From: Candidatus Velthaea sp.
Lineage (GTDB): Bacteria > Vulcanimicrobiota > Vulcanimicrobiia > Vulcanimicrobiales > Vulcanimicrobiaceae
Direction: 5' to 3'
Assembly (NCBI GenBank): GCA_965214935.1
Contig: CBDCCS010000022.1
Span: forward strand, 96,001-160,000
DNA length: 64,000 nt
The notes under the pieces are model-generated. The model saw nothing but the letters and a program-made list of their open reading frames with translations, was not told where the DNA came from and made no database searches. Below are positions 51,080-61,500 of this stretch, piece by piece (position 1 is the first letter of the stretch; each line of letters starts with the position of its first letter). The position numbers and the translations under genes were made by a program.

Positions 51080-52366
51080 CTAGCCGGTTTGACCGGTTAC
51101 CGTGAGAAAGCCGTACCAGACGCCCAGCACGACGCAGACCACCGAAATGCCGATGGCGATCACGTTCCCGGGCAGCGAATTCACACGCTTCCCAAGTATT
51201 TTTTTATCGTTGGATAGAACGAGCAGAAAACCTAAAACGAGGGGCAGCACGAGTGCGTTAAACGCCTCGACGTAGACCGTGATCTTGACCAGCGGCAACC
51301 CCGGAAGCAGCACGATGCCGGCGGCCAATACGACCATCCCGGCATAAAGTCCATAAAAGCGTTTGGCTTGATTGCACTTATAATTTAGCGAGCACGGCCA
51401 ATTGAAGGCTTCGCCGAACGCCCATGCGCTTGCGAGCGAAACGACGAGCGCACCGATCATCGCCGCACCGAGCAGGCCTGCACCGAATGCAACGCCGGCA
51501 ATCTTCGATCCGGTGAGCGGCACGAGTGCAAGCGCCGCGTGAGCGGCGTCTTCGACCCGCTGACCATGAACGAAGAGCGTTGCGGCGGCCGTGACCACGA
51601 TTGCAACCATGATGACTTGGGTCAACACCGCGCCGATCGCCGTATCGACCCGGGCGAACGGCAATGCCGCGACTTTCAAACCCTTATCGACCGTCGCGGA
51701 TTGCTGGTAGAAAATCATCCAGGGCATGATGACGGCGCCGATGTTACCGGCAACGAGCAGCAAGTAGTCGCGGTCGCCCAGCGGCTGCGAACCGAATAAA
51801 CCTTCGCGAACGATCGACGCGGCGGTCGGATGCGCGGCAAACGCCGCCGGAATAAACAGCAGCTCGAGCAAACACAGCGCCAGCGCCGCATATTCGGCGC
51901 GTTTGTATTTTCCGCTAAAAACGATGCCGACGAGCAGTGCTGCAGCAGTGAGAACCATCGGCACGACCGGCACGCCGAACACCAGAGCCGCGCCGGCAAT
52001 GCCGATGAATTCGGTGACGAGTGCGGCGAGGTTGGTAACGAGCATCGTGCCGAGCGAGATCCAAGCCCAGCCCAGCCCGTAACGCTCGCGGATAAGCTGG
52101 GCGTGGCCTTTACCCGAGACCGTGCCTAACCGAACGGTCATCTCCTGGACCACGAACAACGGCACGATCAGCAGCACTTGCAACAGCACGAGCTTCATGC
52201 CGAACTGTGCACCGGAAACCGAAGCTGTCGTTACGCTGCCCGCCTCGGTATCGGCGAAGGCAACGATCAGACCGGGGCCCGCGGCAGCGAGATACTTCCA
52301 AAAAACTCCGCGCCGTTTGGCCGGCGGCGTCGGTCTCAAAGTGGAATTAATATGAACGGCGGCCAT
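51080..52366 (-). CDS. NRAMP-superfamily divalent metal transporter
   Basis: GPGLIV..ADTEAGS, QEMT.RLG.VSGKG, GAVIMPW..FYQQS. Confidence 0.88.
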   Translation of the reverse strand: MAAVHINSTLRPTPPAKRRGVFWKYLAAAGPGLIVAFADTEAGSVTTASVSGAQFGMKLVLLQVLLIVPLFVVQEMTVRLGTVSGKGHAQLIRERYGLGWAWISLGTMLVTNLAALVTEFIGIAGAALVFGVPVVPMVLTAAALLVGIVFSGKYKRAEYAALALCLLELLFIPAAFAAHPTAASIVREGLFGSQPLGDRDYLLLVAGNIGAVIMPWMIFYQQSATVDKGLKVAALPFARVDTAIGAVLTQVIMVAIVVTAAATLFVHGQRVEDAAHAALALVPLTGSKIAGVAFGAGLLGAAMIGALVVSLASAWAFGEAFNWPCSLNYKCNQAKRFYGLYAGMVVLAAGIVLLPGLPLVKITVYVEAFNALVLPLVLGFLLVLSNDKKILGKRVNSLPGNVIAIGISVVCVVLGVWYGFLTVTGQTG

Positions 52367-52480
52367 GCAGCTCCCTGGGTTTCGGTTGTCCTCGCGAGTA
52401 TAGTAGGTTCACCTAACTCAACCCTGCTACGTTTGACGCGCCAGGCCGACCGTGCGTTCGTCCCGAAGTTCTCGATCCCG

Positions 52481-53056
52481 ATGGGGGTTCCGCGTAAGCC
52501 GGTCGACCCGCCCTCTTCTGAAGCCGCAGCGTTCCTCGAGCGCGCCATGCAACAGTACGGCAAAGCGACCTATAACTTCGCCTATCGGCTAACGGGGAAT
52601 GAAGCCGATGCGCGCGACCTTACGCAGGACGCCTTTGTCCGCGTTTATCGGGCTTGGCGGTCGTTCGTCCCCGGTACGTCTTTCCTATCGTGGATCTATC
52701 GAATAGTCACGAATCTGTACCGGGATGAACTTCGGCGCAAAAAAGGACGTTTCCAAGAAGAGATACCGGAAGACAACGCGCCGCAGATTTTCGGCGGCGC
52801 AAAACCGCTAGCCGTCGATCCGATCGAGGATTACATGGCTGGTCAGCTGAGCGAACCGATGGCGCGTTCGCTGGCCGGGCTGTCCAGCGAACAGCGACAA
52901 GTGATCGTCTTAGCCGATATTGAGGAATACAGTTACCAAGAGATCGCGGATATCATGGGGTGTTCGATCGGAACGGTTCGCTCGCGCTTACATCGCGCAC
53001 GTGCACTGCTCCGGCGCCTTGTGAATCGGGCATCGCAACAAGAAACAGAACGATGA
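52481..53056 (+). CDS. ECF RNA polymerase sigma factor
   Basis: DA.DLTQDAF, F.SW.YRI..N, SYQEIA.....IGTVRSRLHRAR. Confidence 0.93.
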   Translation: MGVPRKPVDPPSSEAAAFLERAMQQYGKATYNFAYRLTGNEADARDLTQDAFVRVYRAWRSFVPGTSFLSWIYRIVTNLYRDELRRKKGRFQEEIPEDNAPQIFGGAKPLAVDPIEDYMAGQLSEPMARSLAGLSSEQRQVIVLADIEEYSYQEIADIMGCSIGTVRSRLHRARALLRRLVNRASQQETER

Positions 53057-53592
53057 AGCACTACACTGACGACGACTTGATCGATTATCTCCACGGCGAG
53101 CTCGACGACACTGCGGATGCCGGCGTGCACTTCCATCTCGAGGAGTGCGGCGACTGCCGGTCGCGCTACGACGCCGAGGCTGCGCTGGGCGAGCTGTTGC
53201 GCTCGTCGTCGCTCGGACAGGATCGCGAACTTCCGGCGATGCTTCGCGCGCATGTTTGGGCGTCGATTCGCGCCGCCGAGCCGAGCTTGCTCGAACGCGT
53301 GCGCGCCGTCATCAATCCGATTGTCGCCGTACCGCTCGCTGCGGCGTTCGCACTCCTCTTGTACATCGGCGTCCCGGTCGTGCGCGGCTCTCATGCTACC
53401 GGCGCGCCGACCGTTTCGGCCGTCTACTATCTCGAAGAGCACGCTGCGGAAGGTCAGGAAAATCCGCTGGCCGATCGCCTGACGACCGTTATGCCCGCCT
53501 CCGGGCAATCGCCTATTCCCAGTACGAGTGCGGCACTAATCGATGCTGCCGATGCCGCTACCCTTGACGACCTTGTCGCTGACCGGCGCTAA
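53053..53592 (+). CDS. Zinc-binding (ZAS, zf-HC2) anti-sigma factor
   Basis: HLEECGDC (HxxxCxxC), one TM; ATGA coupling to the sigma factor. Confidence 0.88.
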   Translation: MKHYTDDDLIDYLHGELDDTADAGVHFHLEECGDCRSRYDAEAALGELLRSSSLGQDRELPAMLRAHVWASIRAAEPSLLERVRAVINPIVAVPLAAAFALLLYIGVPVVRGSHATGAPTVSAVYYLEEHAAEGQENPLADRLTTVMPASGQSPIPSTSAALIDAADAATLDDLVADRR

Positions 53593-54598
53593 GGCGGTAC
53601 TTGCTGGTCTCGCATTCGTTGCCCTGACCGCTCAAGCGCCGCCGCCGAACGCCGACGAGCTGGTGCGAGCGGCCACTGAAGCGCCGAAACGAATTTCCTA
53701 CGTCGGTGAAGAGCAATCGACACGCTGGGGCGCCAATCAGGCGTTTGCGACGATCGTTCGTATCGAACACAAGGCGCCCGACGATACGCGCCGGACGTAC
53801 TTAGCGCCGCAATCGGTCTACGGTGAGTATACGGTCACAAACGGGACGCGATCGTTCGACTTCAACGTCACCCGCAAAACCGTCATTTCAAGCGAGAACT
53901 TAGCGGCCGACAATCAGGTCGCAATCAACAACAATATCGCGCTTGTTTTTGCGAACTACACCGCGGTTGCCGGACCGGATGAAACGGTCGCCGGGCGCTC
54001 GACGCACGGTGTGTCGCTCATCAATCGGCACACGGGCGAACGCATGATGAGTTTGGGCATCGATACGCAGACTAATATCGTGCTGTCGAAAGAGAGCTAT
54101 CATAGTGACGGCTCCCTCGCGACGCGAATGCGCTTTGATGAAATCCGCTTCACCGGCGACATCCCGGCGGGGATTTTCGCTACGAGCCTTCCGGCCGGCT
54201 ATCAAAGCGTCGAAGGGCGGCACTATGGTTTGCCGTCGACCGATATCGGCGCCGCCGTGCGCGATGCCGGATTCACACCGGTCGGTCCGCGCTATCTGCC
54301 CGAGGGTTTTGCCATCATCAGCGCCGATGCCAGCGTCGTGAAAGGCGTGAAAAGCCTGCACTTGCTGTATTCCGACGGCTTGCGAAATCTTTCGCTATTC
54401 GAGAATGCCAGTAACGCCGCTGCCGACTTCGGCACCTTACGTCCGGCCTCGACGAGATTTGAGAATCACGAAGCGGCGTACGTTAAGGATGGTCCGACGA
54501 CGCTACTCGCCTGGCGCGAGCATGGGCTAGCGTTCGCGCTCGTCGGCGACCTCGATATCAAAGAACTGACCGAGATCGCGACGAGCGTCGTTCCGTAA
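53543..54598 (+). CDS. MucB/RseB-family extracytoplasmic regulator
   Basis: Signal peptide; E.VAGR, ID..T...L, P.YLPEGF, HLLYSDGL..LSLFE, LVGDL; exact start uncertain. Confidence 0.85.
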   Translation: MLPMPLPLTTLSLTGAKAVLAGLAFVALTAQAPPPNADELVRAATEAPKRISYVGEEQSTRWGANQAFATIVRIEHKAPDDTRRTYLAPQSVYGEYTVTNGTRSFDFNVTRKTVISSENLAADNQVAINNNIALVFANYTAVAGPDETVAGRSTHGVSLINRHTGERMMSLGIDTQTNIVLSKESYHSDGSLATRMRFDEIRFTGDIPAGIFATSLPAGYQSVEGRHYGLPSTDIGAAVRDAGFTPVGPRYLPEGFAIISADASVVKGVKSLHLLYSDGLRNLSLFENASNAAADFGTLRPASTRFENHEAAYVKDGPTTLLAWREHGLAFALVGDLDIKELTEIATSVVP

Positions 54599-54610
54599 GG
54601 CCGGCCGCGG

Positions 54611-55021
54611 TTACGGGGTCGGCGCAGGCATCGGTGCCGCCGGCGTTCCGCTTGCTGCCGGAGCATGTCCGCGCGCATGGCGCATCTCGGCGTGGAGTTG
54701 GGTCTGTTGATCGGGCGTGAGAATGCCCATGATTTGGCTGCGCATCTTTTGCGCGTTCGCCCGCTTCGTCGACGCGTCGGCGTTTTGATTCGCCTGACGC
54801 TGCTGGCTGCGGAACGTCGCGATTTGCTGCTTCTGCGTAGGCGTTAGATCGAGCGAATCAAGCGCGCGCATGAGCGCCGGACGGCGGTGATGGTGATACG
54901 AGCCGGCCATCGGAGCCGCCGACATCGCCGGCATCGGAGAAGCGGCCGTCTGCGCGACCGCGGCGACCGGCGCGGTCAGCACGGCTGCGATGGCAAGCAG
55001 TGAGAAAAAACGGATCGGCAT
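54611..55021 (-). CDS. Spy/CpxP-family periplasmic chaperone
   Basis: Signal peptide; two LTxxQ motifs (LTPTQ, LTPDQ). Confidence 0.85.
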   Translation of the reverse strand: MPIRFFSLLAIAAVLTAPVAAVAQTAASPMPAMSAAPMAGSYHHHRRPALMRALDSLDLTPTQKQQIATFRSQQRQANQNADASTKRANAQKMRSQIMGILTPDQQTQLHAEMRHARGHAPAASGTPAAPMPAPTP

Positions 55022-55149
55022 CGTGTAGCTCCCGGCGGTTCGTTGACGAACGCGCTGTGTAGAGTAGACGGCGCACGGCAGCTGCCGCGCGGCGTAAGAA
55101 GTGCTGTTTACTCTACGAGCGCGCTCGTTACGCCGTCGTGAACGGACGG

Positions 55150-55755
55150 TTAAAGGGTGGCTCGGATTGCTTTTTCGAGCGTCGGCTGCGCGATCTCGCC
55201 GTCGTCCATATACGCGATCGTCTTGTTCTTCGAGATAATGACGATTGTCGGAAAGCCCTTTTGCAAATAGGCTCCGGCGACTTTAAGGTCCGGATCGTAA
55301 GCAATCGGGTATGCGACATTGAACTTTTGAGCGAAACCGACAACGTCGGCTTGCGAGGACGGAGTGTTACCGTCAATGCTGACGGCGCTTCCGGAGACGG
55401 CGACAAAGGTGATTTGCTTGCCGTACTGCGCGTACAAGCTGTCGATAATCTTTGTTTCGCGCTGGCAGTGCGGGCACCACGTCGCGAACACTTCGAGAAA
55501 TACCGGTGTCTGCGTTTTTGTAAGATCGAACGGTCCGGCGGTGGTTGAAACGGCAAAGGCCGGGGCCGGCTGTCCGACGCGCAGCGTCGCTTGGGCATGC
55601 GACTCGGTTGCCGATTGCGGCACAATCGACGGTGACCGCGAGAGGACGGCGACGGTCACGACCAGAGCAACGGCGAGCAGAGCAAGCGTCGCGTAGATAA
55701 TCGGCTTGCGGCGATCGGCCGCCGGTCGCCGGCGCGTTGAAACATTGACTTTCAT
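55150..55755 (-). CDS. TlpA/ResA-like membrane-anchored thioredoxin
   Basis: TM anchor, GQPAPAF, FATWCPHC, GFPT. Confidence 0.88.
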   Translation of the reverse strand: MKVNVSTRRRPAADRRKPIIYATLALLAVALVVTVAVLSRSPSIVPQSATESHAQATLRVGQPAPAFAVSTTAGPFDLTKTQTPVFLEVFATWCPHCQRETKIIDSLYAQYGKQITFVAVSGSAVSIDGNTPSSQADVVGFAQKFNVAYPIAYDPDLKVAGAYLQKGFPTIVIISKNKTIAYMDDGEIAQPTLEKAIRATL

Positions 55756-56192
55756 TTCAAGCCTTCAATTCGGCGGTCGACGGCCAGCATCCCAGGCGCC
55801 CGCCATGCGACAAATGCAGCGATCGCGGCGAAGGCGAGATCGCGCGCGACTTCCGGCCACGAAGTGACCGTCGCATCGTGCGGTCCAAAACAACCGCACG
55901 ATAGCGATAGGCCACGCATCACCGCGGAACCGATCGCACCGGCAAAGATTGCTAATTGCACGACGGCAACGATCGCCGCCGCACGTGTAAAGAGGCCCAC
56001 GATCAGATAACCGCCGAGCAAAACCTCGAAGAACGGCAAGAGCAGCGCCATCGGAGCGATGAGGCCGTGCGGGACGATTCCGAAGGCGGCGATCTGCGCG
56101 GCAAAGAGATCCGCATGTCCGATCTTTGCGCCGCCGGCCCAAACAAACAGTACGCCGACCGCAACGCGCAAAACAAGCACGACCATCGTCAT
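55752..56192 (-). CDS. MauE/DoxX family membrane protein
   Basis: R...G..F..AG..K, LP..E..LG, SCGCFG. Confidence 0.88.
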   Translation of the reverse strand: MTMVVLVLRVAVGVLFVWAGGAKIGHADLFAAQIAAFGIVPHGLIAPMALLLPFFEVLLGGYLIVGLFTRAAAIVAVVQLAIFAGAIGSAVMRGLSLSCGCFGPHDATVTSWPEVARDLAFAAIAAFVAWRAPGMLAVDRRIEGLK

Positions 56193-57196
56193 GCTGCCGT
56201 CTCGAGGTCGCGGACGATGGCGCTCTGACGTGCCGGGATCGCCGCGGCATCGGCGACATCGACGCTCCGGCTTTCTTCATAACCGCGGATCGTCTCGATG
56301 ACGCACGTCGCTAAGCCGGCCGGATCGTAGCCGCCTTCGAGCACGAAGAGTGCGCGGCCGTCACAATACTCGGTAGCAATCTCACGGACGATCCGCCCGA
56401 TTTGGCGCGCTGCGTCCGAACTGACACCAAGGTCGCCGACCGGATCGCCGGCAACGAAATCATAGCCCGCGCTAACGACCAGCAGGCCAGGCCGGATCCG
56501 GGCCGCGAGCGCGCGTAGCGCGCGGGTCCAGATTGACATGAACGCCTCGGTGCTGATGCCGGCCGCGGCGAGCGGTACGTTGACAAGCGCAGCGTCGGCC
56601 GCGAACCGGTTATCGCGCGGGTCGCCGGTTCCCGGGTAGGCCGGATCGGCGTGCGTCGACACGTACGATAATCCGGGGCCGACGAGCCGCTGGGTGCCGT
56701 TGCCGTGGTGATAATCGATGTCGGCAATCAGCGCCCGGCCGCCGCTTTCATCAGCAAACGTGCGCGCGGCCAGCGCCGCATTGTTGAACACGCAAAAACC
56801 CATCCCGCGAGCGGGCTCGGCATGATGACCGGGCGGCCGCACCAGCGCAAAGGCGGACCGACGGTGCAAGGTTACTTGCGCCAACGCCTCGAGCGTCCCG
56901 CCCGCGGCACGCGCGGCGGCTTCGTACGTACCGGCCTCAATGGCCGTGTCGCCGGTGGAAAGATACGTTGCTTCGTTGCGCGCGAGCCGGTCGCATTCGC
57001 GCCGCACGAGTTCCACGTAGGCCGGCGGATGCACGCGCTGCAATTCGGCTGAGGTCGCGATCCGCGTATCGACGCGCTCCGCAAGCATGCCGCGTTCGGC
57101 GAGCGCAGCAGCGACAACCGCGACCCGCTCGGGCCGTTCCGGGTGCCGCACCCCGGCGAGATGTTCGGTCAGCCGATCGTCGTACGCGACGAGCAT
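56189..57196 (-). CDS. Histone deacetylase/acetylpolyamine amidohydrolase family
   Basis: HPERPER, RPPGHHA, GFCVFNN, DIDYHHGNGTQ, SAGYD, LEGGY. Confidence 0.93.
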   Translation of the reverse strand: MLVAYDDRLTEHLAGVRHPERPERVAVVAAALAERGMLAERVDTRIATSAELQRVHPPAYVELVRRECDRLARNEATYLSTGDTAIEAGTYEAAARAAGGTLEALAQVTLHRRSAFALVRPPGHHAEPARGMGFCVFNNAALAARTFADESGGRALIADIDYHHGNGTQRLVGPGLSYVSTHADPAYPGTGDPRDNRFAADAALVNVPLAAAGISTEAFMSIWTRALRALAARIRPGLLVVSAGYDFVAGDPVGDLGVSSDAARQIGRIVREIATEYCDGRALFVLEGGYDPAGLATCVIETIRGYEESRSVDVADAAAIPARQSAIVRDLETAA

Positions 57197-57197
57197 C

Positions 57198-58778
57198 TTA
57201 GGACTTCGCGGGCGCCTTCGACGCAGCCGGAGATTTCGCCGTTGCCGGCGCTTTCGAGGCGGCCGGTTTCGGCTTCGCATCAAGCTGCTCGATCAATTGC
57301 TGAACTTCGGTATGCGCCTGGGAACCGGGCTTCGTGTATTGCAGAAAGCGCGAGTACGAATCGTGGGCATCTTTTTTGTCGCCGGTCCTCTGATACGACT
57401 GACCCAGCACGTAGAGCACCTGCGGATTTTGTTTGGTGAAGTTCGGCGCCGTGTGATCGAGCGCGGCGAAGATCAGAATTGCTTCCTTATAGTTCTTTGT
57501 CGCGTAATCCGATTGTGCGAGGCCGACGAGTGCTTCGGCCGAACGGCCGAGAGCGTACGAGTGGCGGAACGCATCGCGCGCGCGGTCGTACTCGTGGTGT
57601 TGCACGTAAGCCGAGGCCAGCAGCAGCCAGGTGCGCGGATCGGTTCCCGCGATTTCGGTTAGGCGCTTGTAGGTCGCGATCGATTTTGGGATGTCGTTCG
57701 TCTGCTTATAATAATCGCCCAGCCGTGCAAGCGCATCGGCATTGTCGCGATTCGGACCGGCTGCCGCCGTCCACTCACGCACCGCGCCCGCCGTATCTTT
57801 CGTAAACGCCAGATAATCGCCGTAGCCCACATGCGTCGCCGGAATCTTGGGATACGTGGCGATTGCGTTCCGGTAAGCCGCGTCGGCCTGGCTCGTCATC
57901 TTTTCCGTTGCATAAAGCTTGGCGGTTTGATCGATGATCGCGGCTCTTTCATCATCCGAAGTGGCAAGTGCGAGCAGCTTATTGTAGGTATCGATTGCGA
58001 CCGGTACGTTGTGCTGAGCCGAGGCGATTTCGGCCTTGCCGGCAAGAGCTTCGGGGCTTTTTGGATCGATCGCGACGGCACGATCGAACACTTGAGCGGC
58101 GAGTGCGATCGCGTTCTGCTGTTCGTAGGTTCGCGCTTCGAGAACGACCGGATGCGGATCGGTCGGAGCCAGCTTCGCAGCTGCTTCAAGTTGCGTCCGC
58201 GCGTCGTCGAATTTCTGCTCGGTGGCGAGCACTTGGCCGTAGGTCACGAGCGAGTTCTCGTCGGTTTTGTTGAACGTGATCGCCCGCTTGGCGATGCGCT
58301 CGGCATCGGACGCCCGATTTTGGCGCAGGTATAAGGTCGTAAGCGTTTGCAAGACGGCGGGGTTAGTCGGCTCCAGATTCGCGGCGTTTTCCAGGTCGGC
58401 GACGCTTTCTTTATCGTGTCCGAGCGCCGCATTGGCGATACCGTCGACATAATAGATCTGGGCGCTTTTGGTGCCCGACGCGATGAGCTTCTGCGTCAAA
58501 CCCAAGGCAAGATCGGGTCGATTGATCGAATAATAATCCTGCGACAATTGGGTCATCGTCGCTTTGTCGTTGGGATCGGTCTTGAGCTTGGCTTCCAAGC
58601 GCGGGACTTGTATGTCGAGCGGTTCGGGCGTGGCGGTCGGCGAAGCCGCCGGCGAGGCGGAAGCGGCGGGCGACGGAGATGCAGGCGGCTTGGCTTTCGC
58701 TGACGCCCAGACAGGCGCCGTCATAACGATGAGCGCCGCAGCAGCAGCGGCGGCGGACAGACGGTTGGAACGAATCAC
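57198..58778 (-). CDS. Secreted tetratricopeptide-repeat protein
   Basis: Signal peptide, Pro/Ala linker, multiple TPR-like repeats. Confidence 0.85.
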   Translation of the reverse strand: MIRSNRLSAAAAAAALIVMTAPVWASAKAKPPASPSPAASASPAASPTATPEPLDIQVPRLEAKLKTDPNDKATMTQLSQDYYSINRPDLALGLTQKLIASGTKSAQIYYVDGIANAALGHDKESVADLENAANLEPTNPAVLQTLTTLYLRQNRASDAERIAKRAITFNKTDENSLVTYGQVLATEQKFDDARTQLEAAAKLAPTDPHPVVLEARTYEQQNAIALAAQVFDRAVAIDPKSPEALAGKAEIASAQHNVPVAIDTYNKLLALATSDDERAAIIDQTAKLYATEKMTSQADAAYRNAIATYPKIPATHVGYGDYLAFTKDTAGAVREWTAAAGPNRDNADALARLGDYYKQTNDIPKSIATYKRLTEIAGTDPRTWLLLASAYVQHHEYDRARDAFRHSYALGRSAEALVGLAQSDYATKNYKEAILIFAALDHTAPNFTKQNPQVLYVLGQSYQRTGDKKDAHDSYSRFLQYTKPGSQAHTEVQQLIEQLDAKPKPAASKAPATAKSPAASKAPAKS

Positions 58779-58873
58779 GAACTCGACTTTCTATAAATGA
58801 GTGGCCTCATCGCCCGAAGACGAGGCCGGAACGGGCAGCGTTACGCGTTTAACGAGCCGGAGTGCCCCGAATG

Positions 58874-59851
58874 TTACGCATGAACGGCTTTTGCGTCCCG
58901 AACCTGCTTCGCTAACTCGGGAACGATGGCAAATGCATCTCCGACAACGAGCAGATCGGCGTACTCACCGATCGCAACGCCGCCGTCTTTGTTGATCGCA
59001 ACGATCGCCTCGGCGGTGCGCATCCCGACCTTGTGCTGGATCGCGCCGGAGATTCCGACGGCGATGTAAAGCTGCGGGCTGATCGTCTTGCCGGTTTGAC
59101 CGACTTGGTGACCGTGGGAGATCCAACCTGCATCGACGGCCGCGCGCGACGCTCCGACGGCGCCGCCCAACGCATCGGCCAGATCTTTGAGGATCGTTTT
59201 GAACGGCTCGGGTCCGCCCATTCCGCGTCCGCCGCTCACGACCACCGAGGCTTCCTCGACGAGCAGTTCGGCCGCAGCTTCTTCAACTTCATCTTCGACC
59301 GTCACGAGCGCGAGTTTTCCGGACGGCGCAATCGCGAAGGTCTGCGCCCGGCCTGAAGTCGGCGCGACTGCAAAAATGTTCGGCCGGATCGTCGCGACGC
59401 CGTATTCGCTCTTAAAAGCACAGGTCGTCACGCTCAAGCCGCCGAGCTTCGGTGAGACGCAGGCAACCCGGCCGTCGTGCAGCGTGAACGCTACCACGTC
59501 GGCATTCAAGCCGGCATCGACCCGTGCCGCAAAGCGGCTCACGACATCGCGCCCGACCATCGTATTACCGGCTATAATGAGGCTCGGGCCGGTAGCGGCC
59601 GCAACCGTTGCGAGCGCTTCGACGGCCGGATCGATCAGCTTATCGCTTCCCGCATCGTCGAGAAAATGAATCGCGTCGAGCGGGTACGCACGCAGCTGTT
59701 CGGCAATCACGCTTGCCTTCGCGCCGACGACGACGGCGATCGCTTCGCCGCCGAGCAAATCGGCGACGAACCGCGCCGCCGACACCGCTTCGAGCGCAAC
59801 GCGGCGAGCTTGGCCATGCTTGTGCTCGATGAATGCGATGGCAGATTTCAT
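58874..59851 (-). CDS. etfA: Electron transfer flavoprotein alpha subunit
   Basis: VVSGGRG, GASRAAVDAGW, QVGQTGK, GISGAIQH..GM. Confidence 0.96.
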   Translation of the reverse strand: MKSAIAFIEHKHGQARRVALEAVSAARFVADLLGGEAIAVVVGAKASVIAEQLRAYPLDAIHFLDDAGSDKLIDPAVEALATVAAATGPSLIIAGNTMVGRDVVSRFAARVDAGLNADVVAFTLHDGRVACVSPKLGGLSVTTCAFKSEYGVATIRPNIFAVAPTSGRAQTFAIAPSGKLALVTVEDEVEEAAAELLVEEASVVVSGGRGMGGPEPFKTILKDLADALGGAVGASRAAVDAGWISHGHQVGQTGKTISPQLYIAVGISGAIQHKVGMRTAEAIVAINKDGGVAIGEYADLLVVGDAFAIVPELAKQVRDAKAVHA

Positions 59852-60639
59852 TACAGGAGTTTCCGCTCTTTAAGGAAGTCGACGATCGCGCGCGCACCAT
59901 CGACGGCATCGGCCGCCGTCAACGTCCGGCCTTTGTTTCGCGCGGGCGGTATGGCAACGTCGATGAGTTCCGTACGCGCACCGTCGGCGCCGACCGGTTT
60001 AGCAAGCTCGAGATCCGCCAGATGAAGGACGGACAGCGGCTTTTTCTTTGCGCCCATGATGCCCTTAAGCGACGGGTAGCGCGGTTCGGCAAACGATTTC
60101 GTCACGCTGACGAGCAGGGGTAGCGCCGCACTGACGGTTTGATAGCCGGTTTCCGTCTCGCGCCGCACGCGGATCCGTCCGCCCGCGAAGTCGATTTTGC
60201 GCGCATACGTGAGACCGGGAACACCGAGATACTCACTTAACGCACCCGGCAATTCGCCCGTCGTTGCGTCCGTCGATTGGGTGCCGGTAATGACCAGATC
60301 GAAGCCGATTTTGCGGATGCCGGCCGCAAGTGCATATGCCGTGCTCCACACGTCGGAGCCGGCAAGACCATCATCGCTAAGCATTACCGCGTCATCGGCG
60401 CCCATCGCGAGCGCTTTGCGAACGATCTCTTTACCGCTTTCCGGCGTTAGCGAAATCACCGTTACGGACGAGCCGTCGTTGAGTTGTTCCTTGAGTTGTA
60501 GCGCTGCTTCGAGCGCATATTCGTCGAACGGATTGATAACGGTCTCGCCGGCGACCCGAACCAGCCGTTTTGTTGCACCATCGATACGCTTATCGGCGTT
60601 CGTATCCGGAACGAGCTTGACGGTAACGAAAATTTTCAT
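59851..60639 (-). CDS. etfB: Electron transfer flavoprotein beta subunit
   Basis: K.VPDT, NPFDEYALE, ALAMGAD, EPRYPSLKGIMGAKKK. Confidence 0.96.
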   Translation of the reverse strand: MKIFVTVKLVPDTNADKRIDGATKRLVRVAGETVINPFDEYALEAALQLKEQLNDGSSVTVISLTPESGKEIVRKALAMGADDAVMLSDDGLAGSDVWSTAYALAAGIRKIGFDLVITGTQSTDATTGELPGALSEYLGVPGLTYARKIDFAGGRIRVRRETETGYQTVSAALPLLVSVTKSFAEPRYPSLKGIMGAKKKPLSVLHLADLELAKPVGADGARTELIDVAIPPARNKGRTLTAADAVDGARAIVDFLKERKLL

Positions 60640-61500
60640 CCTGGGCGGCCTCCGGCAATGCATTCGCCGCGACGAATCGGGAACGGACAGCCGGACGATA
60701 TTCGGACTTTCAATTATGAGCCCTGTCGTGGACGCGTAGCGCTCAGGCCCGGTGCTGAAGACAACCTAAGAGCGGTTGCAGAATTCCGGCGTCTCGTTGC
60801 CGCTATCGTGCGAGCTTCTGCACGTCAGTTACGGCCGTTACCATGCGGTTGTCTAGCGGTTCGTTAATGGCACGAAGAATTGTTTGCGTTGCTTGCAAGT
60901 CAATCTGCGTGCGTTGGCGGGCGGCCCCGCAACCGCTCGACCATATCAAAACGAAACTCCGAAGTTACCGGGTGACCTTAGCGAATTGTCGCATCCCATG
61001 CAATCGAAGGTCACGCTGCGACGCTTGACCGACGGCAAACGCTCTGGAAAAGTGTCGGACGGCAGCGTAGACATTGTTGCATCGCGCAAGTTTGAAGCAA
61101 CCGACAGCGGCGCGGGTTTCGCGCAGCAGCAATTACAGCGCGTTACGCAGCAGTACGATATGCTCGAGTAACGCGCGCAATTCGCCGGCGCCGAACGATT
61201 GTCGCAGCATCTCCGCGACATGTTCGGCGCTAAGCGGTTCGAGCGACTGACCCAAGCCGCCGAGACCACCGGAGTGATAAAACCCGGTCGGCGAAATTTT
61301 AATGGTGATCATCGGACCGGCCGGCGCGATTCCGCCCAAGAGTTGCTGCGTGACCGTTAATTCAGCCGTGACGTCATTCGAATCCACGGACGGCTCTTGT
61401 TGAAGTTGACCAGCGACGCCTGTTCGGTCACGCTGCAAGCCGAGGAGGTGCGAACGTGCAGGGCCAAAAGTTTCGCCGCCTTGCTTTACCGGAGGTCGTT

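Noticed and set aside
60850..61450. Fragments faintly like a histidine kinase ATPase domain ([20 protein letters not shown])
   Set aside because: Similarity is too weak and broken to support a pseudogene call without a profile search.
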